A stretch of DNA of 64,000 bases, taken from NCBI GenBank assembly GCA_034521425.1, contig JAXHMP010000001.1:1929737-1993736 (forward strand), in the 5' to 3' direction. The notes beneath the pieces were generated by a model. The model did not search any database, had not been told where the DNA came from, and saw nothing but the letters and a program-made list of their open reading frames with translations. The number at the start of each line of letters is the position of its first letter. Within the stretch, counting starts at the first letter, position 1. This DNA is from Bacteroidota bacterium. Its GTDB lineage: Bacteria > Bacteroidota > Bacteroidia > Bacteroidales > JAIOZK01. The position numbers were made by a program, and so were the translations under genes. Shown one piece after another: positions 46,347 through 56,011 of the stretch.

Positions 46347-48260
46347 ATGAAGAATCAAATCACAAGCCTGGTCGAATACTTACAGAAATATAATGAAAGT
46401 GTGACCGACCCTGAAGGCTTTTGGGGAAACATTGCCGAAGACTACATTTGGCAAAAGAAATGGGACAAAGTACTGGATTGGAACTTCAAGGACCCGGATG
46501 TTAACTGGTTTGTAAATGGTAAGTTGAACATTACCGAAAATATTTTCGAAAGAAACCTGAAAGAAAGAAAAGATCAGGTTGCCATCATTTGGGAACCCAA
46601 CAATCCCAAAGACGAAACCGTAAAACTCACCTATGGGGAACTGCACGAAAAAGTATCTCAGTTTGCCAACGCCCTCAAAAAACAAGGCATCAAGAAAGGT
46701 GATCGTGTAGCGATCTATCTGCCCATGGTACCCGAACTGGCAATCTCCATGCTGGCCTGTGCCCGCATAGGTGCCATTCACTCCATCGTATTTGCGGGCT
46801 TCTCAGCCCAATCGCTCTCCGACCGCATCAACGACTCGGAGTGTGCGATGGTCATCACTTCCGATGGTGCATACCGTGGTGCCAAAAACATCGGCCTAAA
46901 ATCCATCGTGGATGAGGCACTGGTTGATTGCCCTTCAATAAAAACCACTGTAGTTTTAAAAAGGACAGGTATACAGGTCGACATGAAAGAAGGCATGGAT
47001 GTTTGGTGGGATGACTTTATTGCAGGCATTGACACCAAATGTGAACCCGAAGTAATGGATGCCGAGGATACACTCTTCATTCTTTATACTTCAGGCTCTA
47101 CCGGAAAACCAAAAGGTGTGCTGCATACAACAGCAGGATACATGATATTTGCCGAGTACACCTTTAAGAACGTATTCCAGTATAAAGATGGTGATATTTA
47201 CTGGTGCACCGCTGATATCGGCTGGGTAACCGGTCACTCTTACATTGTTTACGGTCCGTTATTGGCAGGAGCTACTTCCATCATGTTCGAAGGAGTACCC
47301 ACATGGCCGGATGCAGGGCGTTTCTGGGATGTTGTGGATAAATATAAGGTGAACCAGTTCTACACAGCACCGACTGCTATTCGTGCACTGATCGCACAGG
47401 GTAACGAATTCGTTACCAGCCGCGACCTCAGTTCACTCAGGGTGCTGGGTACCGTTGGTGAACCGATCAATGAGGAAGCCTGGAGATGGTACCACGATAC
47501 TGTTGGAAAAGGAAAGTGCCCCATCGTTGATACCTGGTGGCAAACCGAAACCGGTGGCATCATGATCTCTCCAATCGCAGGAGTTACCCCGACCAAACCT
47601 TCTTATGCGACCCTTCCCTTACCGGGTATTCAGCCAATCCTGGTTGATAACGAAGGTAACGAGCTGGAAGGAAATGGTGTTGAAGGAAATCTTTGCATCA
47701 AATTCCCCTGGCCGGGCATGCTGCGCTCAACTTATGGCGATCATGAAAGATGCCGTTTGACCTATTTCTCAACCTATAAAAACCTGTACTTCACCGGCGA
47801 TGGAGCAAAACGCGACGAAGAAGGATATTACAGGATCATGGGCCGTGTGGACGATGTGATCAATGTATCCGGACACCGCCTCGGTACCGCTGAGGTTGAA
47901 GATGCCATCAACCAGCATCCGAAAGTCAATGAAAGTGCTGTTGTGGGATTCCCTCATGAGATCAAAGGACAGGGAATATATGCTTATGTAACCTGCGAGG
48001 AGCTTTCCGACAATGAAAGCCGGACAATAGAAAAAGAGATCCGCGATACGGTAACAAAAGTTATCGGGCCAATCGCCAAACCAGATTTGATCCAGATCGT
48101 AAGCGGATTACCAAAAACTCGTTCAGGGAAGATCATGCGCCGTATTCTCCGTAAGATCGGAGAGGGCGATGCTACAGCCCTGGGCGACACTTCAACACTG
48201 CTTGATCCGGGTGTGGTTGAACAAATCATCAACGGAGCTAAAGTGACAGTAAAACGCTAA
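46347..48260 (+). CDS. acs: acetyl-CoA synthetase (AMP-forming)
   Basis: YTSGSTGKPKGV, WWQTETGG, YFTGDGAKRDEEGYYRIMGRVDDVINVSGHRLGT and the C-terminal PKTRSGKIMRRILRKI. Confidence 0.92.
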   Translation: MKNQITSLVEYLQKYNESVTDPEGFWGNIAEDYIWQKKWDKVLDWNFKDPDVNWFVNGKLNITENIFERNLKERKDQVAIIWEPNNPKDETVKLTYGELHEKVSQFANALKKQGIKKGDRVAIYLPMVPELAISMLACARIGAIHSIVFAGFSAQSLSDRINDSECAMVITSDGAYRGAKNIGLKSIVDEALVDCPSIKTTVVLKRTGIQVDMKEGMDVWWDDFIAGIDTKCEPEVMDAEDTLFILYTSGSTGKPKGVLHTTAGYMIFAEYTFKNVFQYKDGDIYWCTADIGWVTGHSYIVYGPLLAGATSIMFEGVPTWPDAGRFWDVVDKYKVNQFYTAPTAIRALIAQGNEFVTSRDLSSLRVLGTVGEPINEEAWRWYHDTVGKGKCPIVDTWWQTETGGIMISPIAGVTPTKPSYATLPLPGIQPILVDNEGNELEGNGVEGNLCIKFPWPGMLRSTYGDHERCRLTYFSTYKNLYFTGDGAKRDEEGYYRIMGRVDDVINVSGHRLGTAEVEDAINQHPKVNESAVVGFPHEIKGQGIYAYVTCEELSDNESRTIEKEIRDTVTKVIGPIAKPDLIQIVSGLPKTRSGKIMRRILRKIGEGDATALGDTSTLLDPGVVEQIINGAKVTVKR

Positions 48261-48281
48261 TTAAAAAGCTTCTTACTCAGG

Positions 48282-48314
48282 AAAGGTATTCCGGCATTGT
48301 GCCGGAGTACCTTT
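48282..48314 (+). terminator. stem-loop downstream of acs
   Basis: AAAGGTATTCCGGCA-ttg-TGCCGGAGTACCTTT with one mismatch and a weak T tract. Confidence 0.5.
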
Positions 48315-48448
48315 ATCTTCATTCAATTTGATGTTCATTGAAGTATGTTGCATAAATTAACTGATATGCCGAAGCAATGCATGCAGTTTTTATCCCATAA
48401 CATCTTCAGACAAACATAATTAACCAAAACCAATAAAAAGATTTAAAG

Positions 48449-49735
48449 ATGGAAAACCAAAAAGTAATGAACCGCGGGCTTGTTGTGCTGGGTGCAATCC
48501 TTATTCAGCTGGCCCTCGGAGCGATTTATGCCTGGTCGGTGTTTACACCCAGCCTGGCAGAAGCAGGTTGGACCAGAACGGAAACACAGATCGTATTTGC
48601 GGTTGGACTGGCCTCCTTTGCAGTTTTTATGGTATTTGCAGGAAAGAAACTCAAAACATGGGGACCCAGAAACCTGGCCATAATAGGTGGCCTGGTGCTG
48701 GGCCTTGGATATTTCCTGGCGGGATTGATTGGCGGAACAAGCTTCTGGGCACTGGTTATCCTGATCGGCCTGATCGGGGGAGCCGGAATTGGATTTGCCT
48801 ATGTTGTGCCAATTGCCGTCGGTATGCAATGGTTCCCGGATAAAAAGGGAATGATCACCGGGCTGGCAGTGGCCGGCTTCGGATTCGGAGCCCTTCTCTG
48901 GGTAAAACTTGCGGGTGCCTGGGGGCATTTGATCGCCAATCTCGGACTGGGTACAACCTTCTGGATCTATGGCCTGGCCTTTGGCGTCATGGTCATCATC
49001 GGCGGTATCTGGATGGTATTCCCACCCAGTGGTTATAAACCCAAAGGATATGTACCTCCAGAAGTTAAAGATGATCAGAAAAAAGCAGTCGGAGCCGTGG
49101 ATTTCACAAGCAATGAAATGTTGCGCACTCCGCAGTTCTACCTCATCTTCCTCACCTTTGTTTTCAGCGCAGGTGCAGGACTGATGTCGATCGGACTGAT
49201 GAAACTTTATCCAATCGAAGCATTGCAGGCACAGGGCATGGGATTCGCAGAAGCAAGCGCCATCGCAGGCACTGCAATGGCTGTCTTTTTCAGCCTGGCC
49301 AACGGGCTTGGCAGGATAATCTGGGGTATGCTGAGTGACAAACTCGGAAGGAAAACATCCATCCTGATCATGACTGCCACACAGGGGGTTATCGTAATCC
49401 TGTTCAATTTTATGGCCGGACACGAGATCCTTCTCTATGTCGGAGCCACATTGATAGGATTTAACTTTGGCGGAAACTTTGCACTTTTCCCGACCATTAC
49501 TGCCGATACCTTCGGAGCCAAAAATGTGGGCCAGAACTATCCCTTCATTTTCCTGGCTTATGGTGTCGGAGGAATTCTTGGACCCATTCTCGGTGGAGCC
49601 CTTGGTGATGTTGGTAATTTTGCCCTGGCTTTCACCATCACCGGTGTTGCCGTGCTCGTGGGTACCTTGCTCACTGCCATGGTAAAACCGGCCACCAGGG
49701 AAAGAGCTGCTAAAGAAACACCCAAAATGGCTTAG
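48449..49735 (+). CDS. MFS transporter, oxalate/formate antiporter (OFA)-like family
   Basis: 12 predicted TM helices and the N-terminal hallmark GAIYAWSVF. Confidence 0.65.
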   Translation: MENQKVMNRGLVVLGAILIQLALGAIYAWSVFTPSLAEAGWTRTETQIVFAVGLASFAVFMVFAGKKLKTWGPRNLAIIGGLVLGLGYFLAGLIGGTSFWALVILIGLIGGAGIGFAYVVPIAVGMQWFPDKKGMITGLAVAGFGFGALLWVKLAGAWGHLIANLGLGTTFWIYGLAFGVMVIIGGIWMVFPPSGYKPKGYVPPEVKDDQKKAVGAVDFTSNEMLRTPQFYLIFLTFVFSAGAGLMSIGLMKLYPIEALQAQGMGFAEASAIAGTAMAVFFSLANGLGRIIWGMLSDKLGRKTSILIMTATQGVIVILFNFMAGHEILLYVGATLIGFNFGGNFALFPTITADTFGAKNVGQNYPFIFLAYGVGGILGPILGGALGDVGNFALAFTITGVAVLVGTLLTAMVKPATRERAAKETPKMA

Positions 49736-49757
49736 TCCTTACCCATAAGCGTACTTG

Positions 49758-49822
49758 CAAAGTGCATTTTTGCTGTGGAAAGAAGGTCCTGAGAGACCCA
49801 CACAGTAAAGGTGCACTTTTTT
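49758..49822. terminator. long imperfect hairpin with T tract between convergent genes
   Basis: AAAGTGCATTTTTGCTGTGG...CCACACAGTAAAGGTGCACTTTTTT. Confidence 0.5.
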
Positions 49823-51614
49823 AATGTTCAAATGTTAAGGCTATGTGCTGGGTTTGTTTTGCACTGCTCTGCCTGATATGGTCAGCCTGCGCATTTACCA
49901 GGTATATCGACATTCTGGAAGTTCCATACTCGTCAAGCAACAAGTCATCCGGGGCAGGTCTTATGATATTAAAATCGATCTTCTTACCCTGGTAGCATAC
50001 ATTTGCAATTATTTTCAATTCATCAAATGACAAATGTATGGAGATTTCCCGGCCACTGGAAGCGTAATGATCATCCGAAAGAATTTCTATCAATTCAAAA
50101 AGGCTTTGCTTTAGTTTCCGGATGACTTCCCGGCGTGCGCCCCATGCGGCTCCGTTCTTATCGAGAAAAGTCTCTATCTTATCATGGGCCTTCCTGTCAG
50201 GGATCAGCTGAATGCTGTCTTTCTTAGCTATTCCAAGCCTGAGCACCAGGTTCAGGATGATCGCCAGTACGGTTGCCGTTGCCAGTGAGGAGCTGAAAAC
50301 AGGCTGAATGAAAGGATGCAGGTGCTGGAAAAATTCAGGCATGATATCCACGGACAGTCCCAGGATCATGGATATCCCGATCACGAATATTTTGCGTGCA
50401 TCCAACATCCTGGAGGTAATGATCTGGATACCGGCAGCGATCATGAAACTTACGGCAAAGATCAGCGTGGCTCCCATCACAGGTTTGGGCATGATGGCAA
50501 AGAACAGAGCGATGGGGGGAAAAAACGAAAACACAATGAGCAGGGTCCCGAAATACATGGCGACCTTCCTGCTGGTTGTCCCGGTAGCCAAAGAAAGCCC
50601 TACATTGGCCGAGGATGTAGATTGTGCCGATCCGCCCACCAGGCCGGCTGAAAGGCAACTCAAGGCATCGGCAAGGATCCCTTTGCGGACATTCATCATA
50701 TCCGTGCGTTTCCAGTTTTTATCATTGACCTTCTGACAGGTCGTTAAATCCCCCACACTCTTGAGAGTGGAAGAAAGCATGGCAATGATGAAAGGAACGA
50801 CCAGATACCAGCTGAAAGACCAGCCCGGATGCCTGAGCAGTTCAAAACCTGCAAGCGGGATATCCAATAGATGCGCATGTTCAACATTTTTCATGATACC
50901 AATGCCATAAGCCAGGCCGTACCCGAAAAGCATTCCGATCAGTACGCAAAACAGCTTGATCTTACCTTTGCTCCATACATTCAGGCCAATGATCACACAC
51001 AAGGTGAGCAGCCCTGTCAGAACTTCCTGCCAGCTTATCACTTGATCTGATCCGCCTACGCCCAGGAAATTGGAAACAGATAGCTTAACAACACTGATGC
51101 CCACCATGGTGACGATCAGACCTGTTACTTCAGGTGGGAACAAAATCTTTAACCTGTGGATAATTCTCGAAAACAGGGATTCCGCAAAACCGCTCAGGAG
51201 CAGCATGCCAAACAAAAGGGAAAGACCGCCGGTTTTCACGGCCAGCAAGGAGGCAGACATAAATGACGGACTGCAGACAGAAGGACACAAATACCCTGAA
51301 CCCAGATATTTTCCCTTTAACCCCTGGAAGAGGGTGCCGGCTCCTCCGGCAAGCATCGACATACAAACAAGCCCGACAGTCTGGTCAAGGCTTGCATTCA
51401 TCTCCCGCGCCAGTATTACCGGGAACACAAGGCTGATGGCAAAAATAAAGAAATGTTGAAAGCTCATCAGGGTGGATATGAAAAAGGAAGGCTTGTCATT
51501 TAAGCCATATACCAGGTTTGATGGTTTGGAGATCATTGGTTCTGGTTTTAAAAGTTTAGGCAAATTATAAAAATTTTCCAACCAATCCGCATTTCCCACC
51601 GAAATTATTTTCAT
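49821..51614 (-). CDS. NCS2/xanthine-uracil-permease-family transporter with a ~135-aa C-terminal cytosolic extension
   Basis: STLMSFQHFFIFAISLVFPVILA resembles the NCS2 TM1 QH motif, and there are multiple TM helices. The soluble tail runs from ~IPDRKAHDKIETFL. Confidence 0.5.
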   Translation of the reverse strand: MKIISVGNADWLENFYNLPKLLKPEPMISKPSNLVYGLNDKPSFFISTLMSFQHFFIFAISLVFPVILAREMNASLDQTVGLVCMSMLAGGAGTLFQGLKGKYLGSGYLCPSVCSPSFMSASLLAVKTGGLSLLFGMLLLSGFAESLFSRIIHRLKILFPPEVTGLIVTMVGISVVKLSVSNFLGVGGSDQVISWQEVLTGLLTLCVIIGLNVWSKGKIKLFCVLIGMLFGYGLAYGIGIMKNVEHAHLLDIPLAGFELLRHPGWSFSWYLVVPFIIAMLSSTLKSVGDLTTCQKVNDKNWKRTDMMNVRKGILADALSCLSAGLVGGSAQSTSSANVGLSLATGTTSRKVAMYFGTLLIVFSFFPPIALFFAIMPKPVMGATLIFAVSFMIAAGIQIITSRMLDARKIFVIGISMILGLSVDIMPEFFQHLHPFIQPVFSSSLATATVLAIILNLVLRLGIAKKDSIQLIPDRKAHDKIETFLDKNGAAWGARREVIRKLKQSLFELIEILSDDHYASSGREISIHLSFDELKIIANVCYQGKKIDFNIIRPAPDDLLLDEYGTSRMSIYLVNAQADHIRQSSAKQTQHIALTFEH

Positions 51615-51662
51615 TCTTAATTAATGCAATATCCGGGAAAAATATCCTGATCTTTTGTAATT

Positions 51663-51680
51663 TTGTTAATTAATTAACAA
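51663..51680. promoter_or_regulatory. perfect 18-bp palindrome TTGTTAATTAATTAACAA (Rex-operator class) in the permease/pat divergent region
   Basis: Read directly from the sequence. It overlaps a TAATTTTG -7-like box (51658-51665) and lies 52 nt upstream of the ATG at 51732. Confidence 0.6.
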
Positions 51681-51731
51681 AAAGCAATCTATAGCGTTTT
51701 ATAGTAACACCATAGCAATAAAACATAAAAA

Positions 51732-54440
51732 ATGGGCATAAGAAAATTAAGCAGCATATTCAGGCCACAGCGGATCGCCCTGATCGGGGTAAAGAATGAT
51801 CCCAAAAGCATAGGCGGAATTACTTTGAGTAATCTTGTGGGGGGTGGTTTTAACGGGGTGGTTTACCCGGTTAACCCCAAACATGAGGCAGTGCTCGGGA
51901 TACAGTGTTATCCCAATGTAAAGAGTTTACCCAAAACCCCCGACCTGGCTGTTATCACAACGGGTGCCAGGCAGGTACCGCAGCTTATCAGGGAGTGTGG
52001 CGAGGCCGGCATCAATGGGATTATCATCATGTCGGCAGGTTTTAAAGAAACCGGCCCAGAAGGTAAACAACTGGAAGAACAGGTAAAGCAGGAGAAGGAT
52101 GAATTTCCGGATATGCGAGTGATCGGACCCAACTGCCTTGGGGTGATCGTGCCCAGTGCCAATATGAACATCAGCTTTGCTGCCAGCATGCCCAAATCAG
52201 GACATGTGGCATTTATCAGTCAGTCGGGTGCTTTGTGTACTTCAGTACTTGACTGGGCCCTGGAGGAGAACATTGGCTTCAGTTATTTTGTGTCAATCGG
52301 CAACAGCATGGACGTGAACTTTGGCGACCTGTTAGATTATTTCGGGCAGGACCCCAACACCAAATCCATTGTACTCTATGTTGAATCCATTTCAGAGGCT
52401 CGTTCTTTCATGACGGCTGCACGTGCCTTTGCCCGCAAGAAACCCATAATCGTTTATAAAGCCGGCAGGTTTCCTGAATCAGCCAAAGCCGCAGCTTCCC
52501 ATACAGGGGCAATGGCCTCCGGCGATGCCATTTACAATGCTGTGTTCAGGAGAGCCGGTCTTGCCAGGGTTTTTGATATAGGCGACATCTTTGATTTCAC
52601 CGACCTGGTTGGGAGGAAACGCATCCCGAAAGGCTCCAGGCTTGCGATTGTGACCAATGCCGGGGGACCGGGAGTGATGGCCACTGATGCCCTCATTTCG
52701 CTGGACGGACAGCTTTGTCAGTTATCAGATGAAACCATGCAAAGACTGAATGAAATGCTGCCGCCTTACTGGTCGCATGGCAACCCGGTAGATGTTCTCG
52801 GAGATGCTACACCGGAAAGGCTAACCGAAGCCACTAAGATTGTGATCGAGGACAAGGGCGTGGATGCTGTGCTTGTGATACTCACACCACAGGCCATGAC
52901 AGAACCCACCCAAACTGCCATTGAAATTTCCAAATTGTCAGAGAATACCACCAAGCCCATCATGGCGGCCTGGCTTGGAGGGAAGAGCATGCGGGAAGGG
53001 ATCAATGTTTTCAATAATTCAGGAATTGCCGTTTATGAAACCCCCGAACAGGCCATCCGCGCATTTATGACCCTGGTTGTTTACGCCAAAAACCTGGAAG
53101 CCTTATTTGAAACACCTGAGGATATCCCGCTTTCCTTCCATTACGACCGGAAAGAAGTTCGTTCAAGATTCCTCAAAGAGATATTCCCCAAAGAAAAGAT
53201 ACTCTCCGAAGATCACTCCAAGGAATTGCTCAAGGGCTACGGTATCAAATCTACTCAACCTGAACTTGCCGACAGCGAGGACAAAGCTGTTAGTCTTGCT
53301 GAAAAGATCGGTTTTCCGGTAGTCATGAAGATCGAATCACCCGATATTACCCATAAATCCGATGTGGGCGGTGTGGCGCTGAACATTGAGAATGCTGATA
53401 TGATCCGTGCCCAGTACAAAAGTATGATGGCCCATGTTAAAAAAGAAGCACCCAAGGCAAAGGTCAGGGGGGTTACCCTGCAACCCATGATAGACACCAG
53501 GGACGCAGTGGAACTCATCATGGGCATCAAGAAAGATCCTGTCTTCGGGACTGTTCTGCTGGTGGGCATGGGAGGCACCCAGGCAGAGATCTTCCAGGAT
53601 ACAGCCCTGGGATTCCCACCCCTAAACGAACGCCTGGCCCACAGAATGCTTAAATCTCTGAAAATTTATCCTTTGCTGAGGGGATACCGGGGCAGTGACC
53701 GCAAGAACATTGAGAAGATCATTGAGGTGATGATCCGTATGTCATACATGGCAGCCGATTACCCTGAAATCGAAGAACTCGACATCAATCCCATCATCGT
53801 TACAAAAAGTGATTCGATCGCCCTGGATGCCAGGATCGTTATTGATCAGGACCTGTTGGGCAAAGATCTTCCTGAATATTCCCATCTGCTGATACATCCC
53901 TATCCGGAAAAACTGGTGAAGGAGAGCAAACTAACTGACGGAACGAAGATCCTGCTGAGGCCCATCAAACCCGAAGATGAACCAAAATGGCTCGACCTGC
54001 TGGGAAGTTGTTCCAAGGAATCCATTTACAGCCGTTTCAGGTATAATTTCCATTACGATTCACATGAGATTGCAACCCAGTTCTGCTTCATCGATTATGC
54101 TCGTGAGATTGCCATTGTTGCTGAAGTTACGGAAAACGGTAAAGATAGGCTGGCCGGTGTAGGACGGCTGATCGCTGATCCTGATCACGAAACGGTAGAG
54201 TATGCCGTGCTGATCACAGACCGCTGGCAACACCGTGACCTGGGGACCATTCTCACCGAATACTGCCTCGAAATAGCCAGATCATGGAACCTGAAAAAAA
54301 TTGTTGCCCAGACCACAACCGACAACAAACCCATGATCAATGTGTTCAAGAAACTGGGCTTTAAGGTGCATTTTAATACGGATGGATCGGTAGAAGTTGA
54401 AAAAAGCCTTGAACAGGAAAATCAAGCTGATCCTGAATAA
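51732..54440 (+). CDS. Pat-like fusion: ADP-forming acyl-CoA synthetase (CoA-binding, ligase-CoA and ATP-grasp domains) plus a C-terminal GNAT acetyltransferase
   Basis: N-terminus FRPQRIALIGVKNDPKSIGG...VYPVNPK, ATP-grasp region FPVVMKIESPDITHKSDVGGV, and GNAT motif A (VLITDRWQHRDLGTIL...AQTTTDNKPMINVFKKLGF). Confidence 0.75.
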   Translation: MGIRKLSSIFRPQRIALIGVKNDPKSIGGITLSNLVGGGFNGVVYPVNPKHEAVLGIQCYPNVKSLPKTPDLAVITTGARQVPQLIRECGEAGINGIIIMSAGFKETGPEGKQLEEQVKQEKDEFPDMRVIGPNCLGVIVPSANMNISFAASMPKSGHVAFISQSGALCTSVLDWALEENIGFSYFVSIGNSMDVNFGDLLDYFGQDPNTKSIVLYVESISEARSFMTAARAFARKKPIIVYKAGRFPESAKAAASHTGAMASGDAIYNAVFRRAGLARVFDIGDIFDFTDLVGRKRIPKGSRLAIVTNAGGPGVMATDALISLDGQLCQLSDETMQRLNEMLPPYWSHGNPVDVLGDATPERLTEATKIVIEDKGVDAVLVILTPQAMTEPTQTAIEISKLSENTTKPIMAAWLGGKSMREGINVFNNSGIAVYETPEQAIRAFMTLVVYAKNLEALFETPEDIPLSFHYDRKEVRSRFLKEIFPKEKILSEDHSKELLKGYGIKSTQPELADSEDKAVSLAEKIGFPVVMKIESPDITHKSDVGGVALNIENADMIRAQYKSMMAHVKKEAPKAKVRGVTLQPMIDTRDAVELIMGIKKDPVFGTVLLVGMGGTQAEIFQDTALGFPPLNERLAHRMLKSLKIYPLLRGYRGSDRKNIEKIIEVMIRMSYMAADYPEIEELDINPIIVTKSDSIALDARIVIDQDLLGKDLPEYSHLLIHPYPEKLVKESKLTDGTKILLRPIKPEDEPKWLDLLGSCSKESIYSRFRYNFHYDSHEIATQFCFIDYAREIAIVAEVTENGKDRLAGVGRLIADPDHETVEYAVLITDRWQHRDLGTILTEYCLEIARSWNLKKIVAQTTTDNKPMINVFKKLGFKVHFNTDGSVEVEKSLEQENQADPE

Positions 54441-54463
54441 AGAGGTTCTGAAATAAAGGGAAA

Positions 54464-55039
54464 TCAGTTCATGTATTTTTCGAGACATGAAACGATGTCT
54501 TCGAATATCTTATCCACTGACCCTACACCATTGATCCCTTCCAGTTTGTGCTGCTTGAGATAATATGCCAGCAAGGGAGCTGTTTGTTCTTTATAAACCT
54601 TCAGCCTGTTCTGGATGGTTTTCTCGTTATCGTCTTTCCGGCCCTCAATTTCAGCCCGCTTCAACAACCGGTCCACAACCTCATTATCCGGCACATCCAG
54701 TGAAACCACCACATCGATGGAATCATTGATGCTGTTCATCAGATCATCCAATGCCTCCGCCTGCACAATGGTCCTGGGGAAACCATCAAAAATAAAACCG
54801 GCAGCATCTGCATTCTTTTCAATGACTGAATGAAGTATTTTGATCAGCAGATCATCGGGAACGAGCTCGCCTTTCTCCATAAGGGCCTGTGCTTTCTTCC
54901 CAAGTTCTGTTTGTTGCTTTACTTCACTGCGGAGGATATCGCCTGTTGAAATATGTTTTACGTTGAATTTTTCAGCAATCCTGCTTGATTGCGTTCCTTT
55001 TCCTGATCCGGGAGGACCAAAAATAATGATGTTGAACAT
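54464..55039 (-). CDS. adk: adenylate kinase
   Basis: IIIFGPPGSGKGTQS, HISTGDILR and GFIFDGFPRT. Confidence 0.92.
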   Translation of the reverse strand: MFNIIIFGPPGSGKGTQSSRIAEKFNVKHISTGDILRSEVKQQTELGKKAQALMEKGELVPDDLLIKILHSVIEKNADAAGFIFDGFPRTIVQAEALDDLMNSINDSIDVVVSLDVPDNEVVDRLLKRAEIEGRKDDNEKTIQNRLKVYKEQTAPLLAYYLKQHKLEGINGVGSVDKIFEDIVSCLEKYMN

Positions 55040-55165
55040 GCCGGAAATTTTAAGTTAAACATTAAATTATGTACGCATCACAAATATAAGGATATAAGGC
55101 ATTGGGGCCTAAATAATCACTACTTTTGCCCTTAAATATATTTGATTTAAATAATCACTTTTTTT

Positions 55166-55990
55166 ATGCAGCAAGACAGCTTACCGATCAATCTGAGGGC
55201 TCCCTGGGAGAACATCCGGCCGACGAAAACGGATACTTCAGTGGATGTGAGCAATTTTGTTTCGGGGCAGGACAGCGCAAAACAACTCTCAACGCAGCAA
55301 AGCTTTGCTGAAAAGCCCTCCCCACACTTTGAAGGAACGGCCAGACCCCAGGAAAGTCTTAACTGGGTCACCCTTTTACTGTTGGGCGTGCTGCTGTTAT
55401 ATGCCATGGTTCAGTTCCTGAATTACCAGCGGCTTGGCAAGCTTTTCGTTTCCTTTATCAGCAGATCCCAGGCCCGGCAACTGATCAAAGAAGGAAACCT
55501 TTTCGGCAAGGGATTTACAGTACCTCTGCAAATCCTTGCCATTAGCAGTATATCGCTGTTTCTTTATTACTTCCTGAACATGCTCAGTCTCAACGAATTT
55601 TTCGAAGCGGGCTTCAGGGGCTATGCAATGATTTTTCTGGCAATAACAGTTCTTTGGTTCCTCAAGGTACTGGCCATATATACCAGTGGGTTCCTGCTTA
55701 AAACCGAAGAATCATCAAGGGAATACAGCATCAATATGCTCATTTATTTTATCATTTGCGGATTGTTGCTCACCCCGGTTCTGATCCTGGGTATTTACAC
55801 TAACAAAGACATCATCCTGTATGGCGGGAGCATGCTCTGGTTGATAATATTTTTCTTGTGGATTATCAGGGCTTTAAGCATCGGAATGCACGAGCGGAAC
55901 TTTTCTATATTGCATTTATTTTTATATCTTTGCACCTTCGAAATTTTACCGGTAATTGTCTTGTCAAAGATAATTTTGGAAGCCAAGTAA
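55166..55990 (+). CDS. DUF4271-like polytopic membrane protein
   Basis: Six or so TM helices after a soluble N-terminus, in the conserved Bacteroidota position upstream of hemD. Confidence 0.45.
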   Translation: MQQDSLPINLRAPWENIRPTKTDTSVDVSNFVSGQDSAKQLSTQQSFAEKPSPHFEGTARPQESLNWVTLLLLGVLLLYAMVQFLNYQRLGKLFVSFISRSQARQLIKEGNLFGKGFTVPLQILAISSISLFLYYFLNMLSLNEFFEAGFRGYAMIFLAITVLWFLKVLAIYTSGFLLKTEESSREYSINMLIYFIICGLLLTPVLILGIYTNKDIILYGGSMLWLIIFFLWIIRALSIGMHERNFSILHLFLYLCTFEILPVIVLSKIILEAK

Positions 55991-56011
55991 TCATAAAAAA
56001 AAGGAATCACC

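Noticed and set aside
51617-51626. Additional short AT palindromes (TTAATTAA at about 51619, and TTAACTTAATTAATGTTAA at about 21607) as extra operator sites.
   Set aside because: Their half-sites do not match TTGTTAA/TTAACAA, and 8-bp AT palindromes are expected by chance in AT-rich intergenic DNA.
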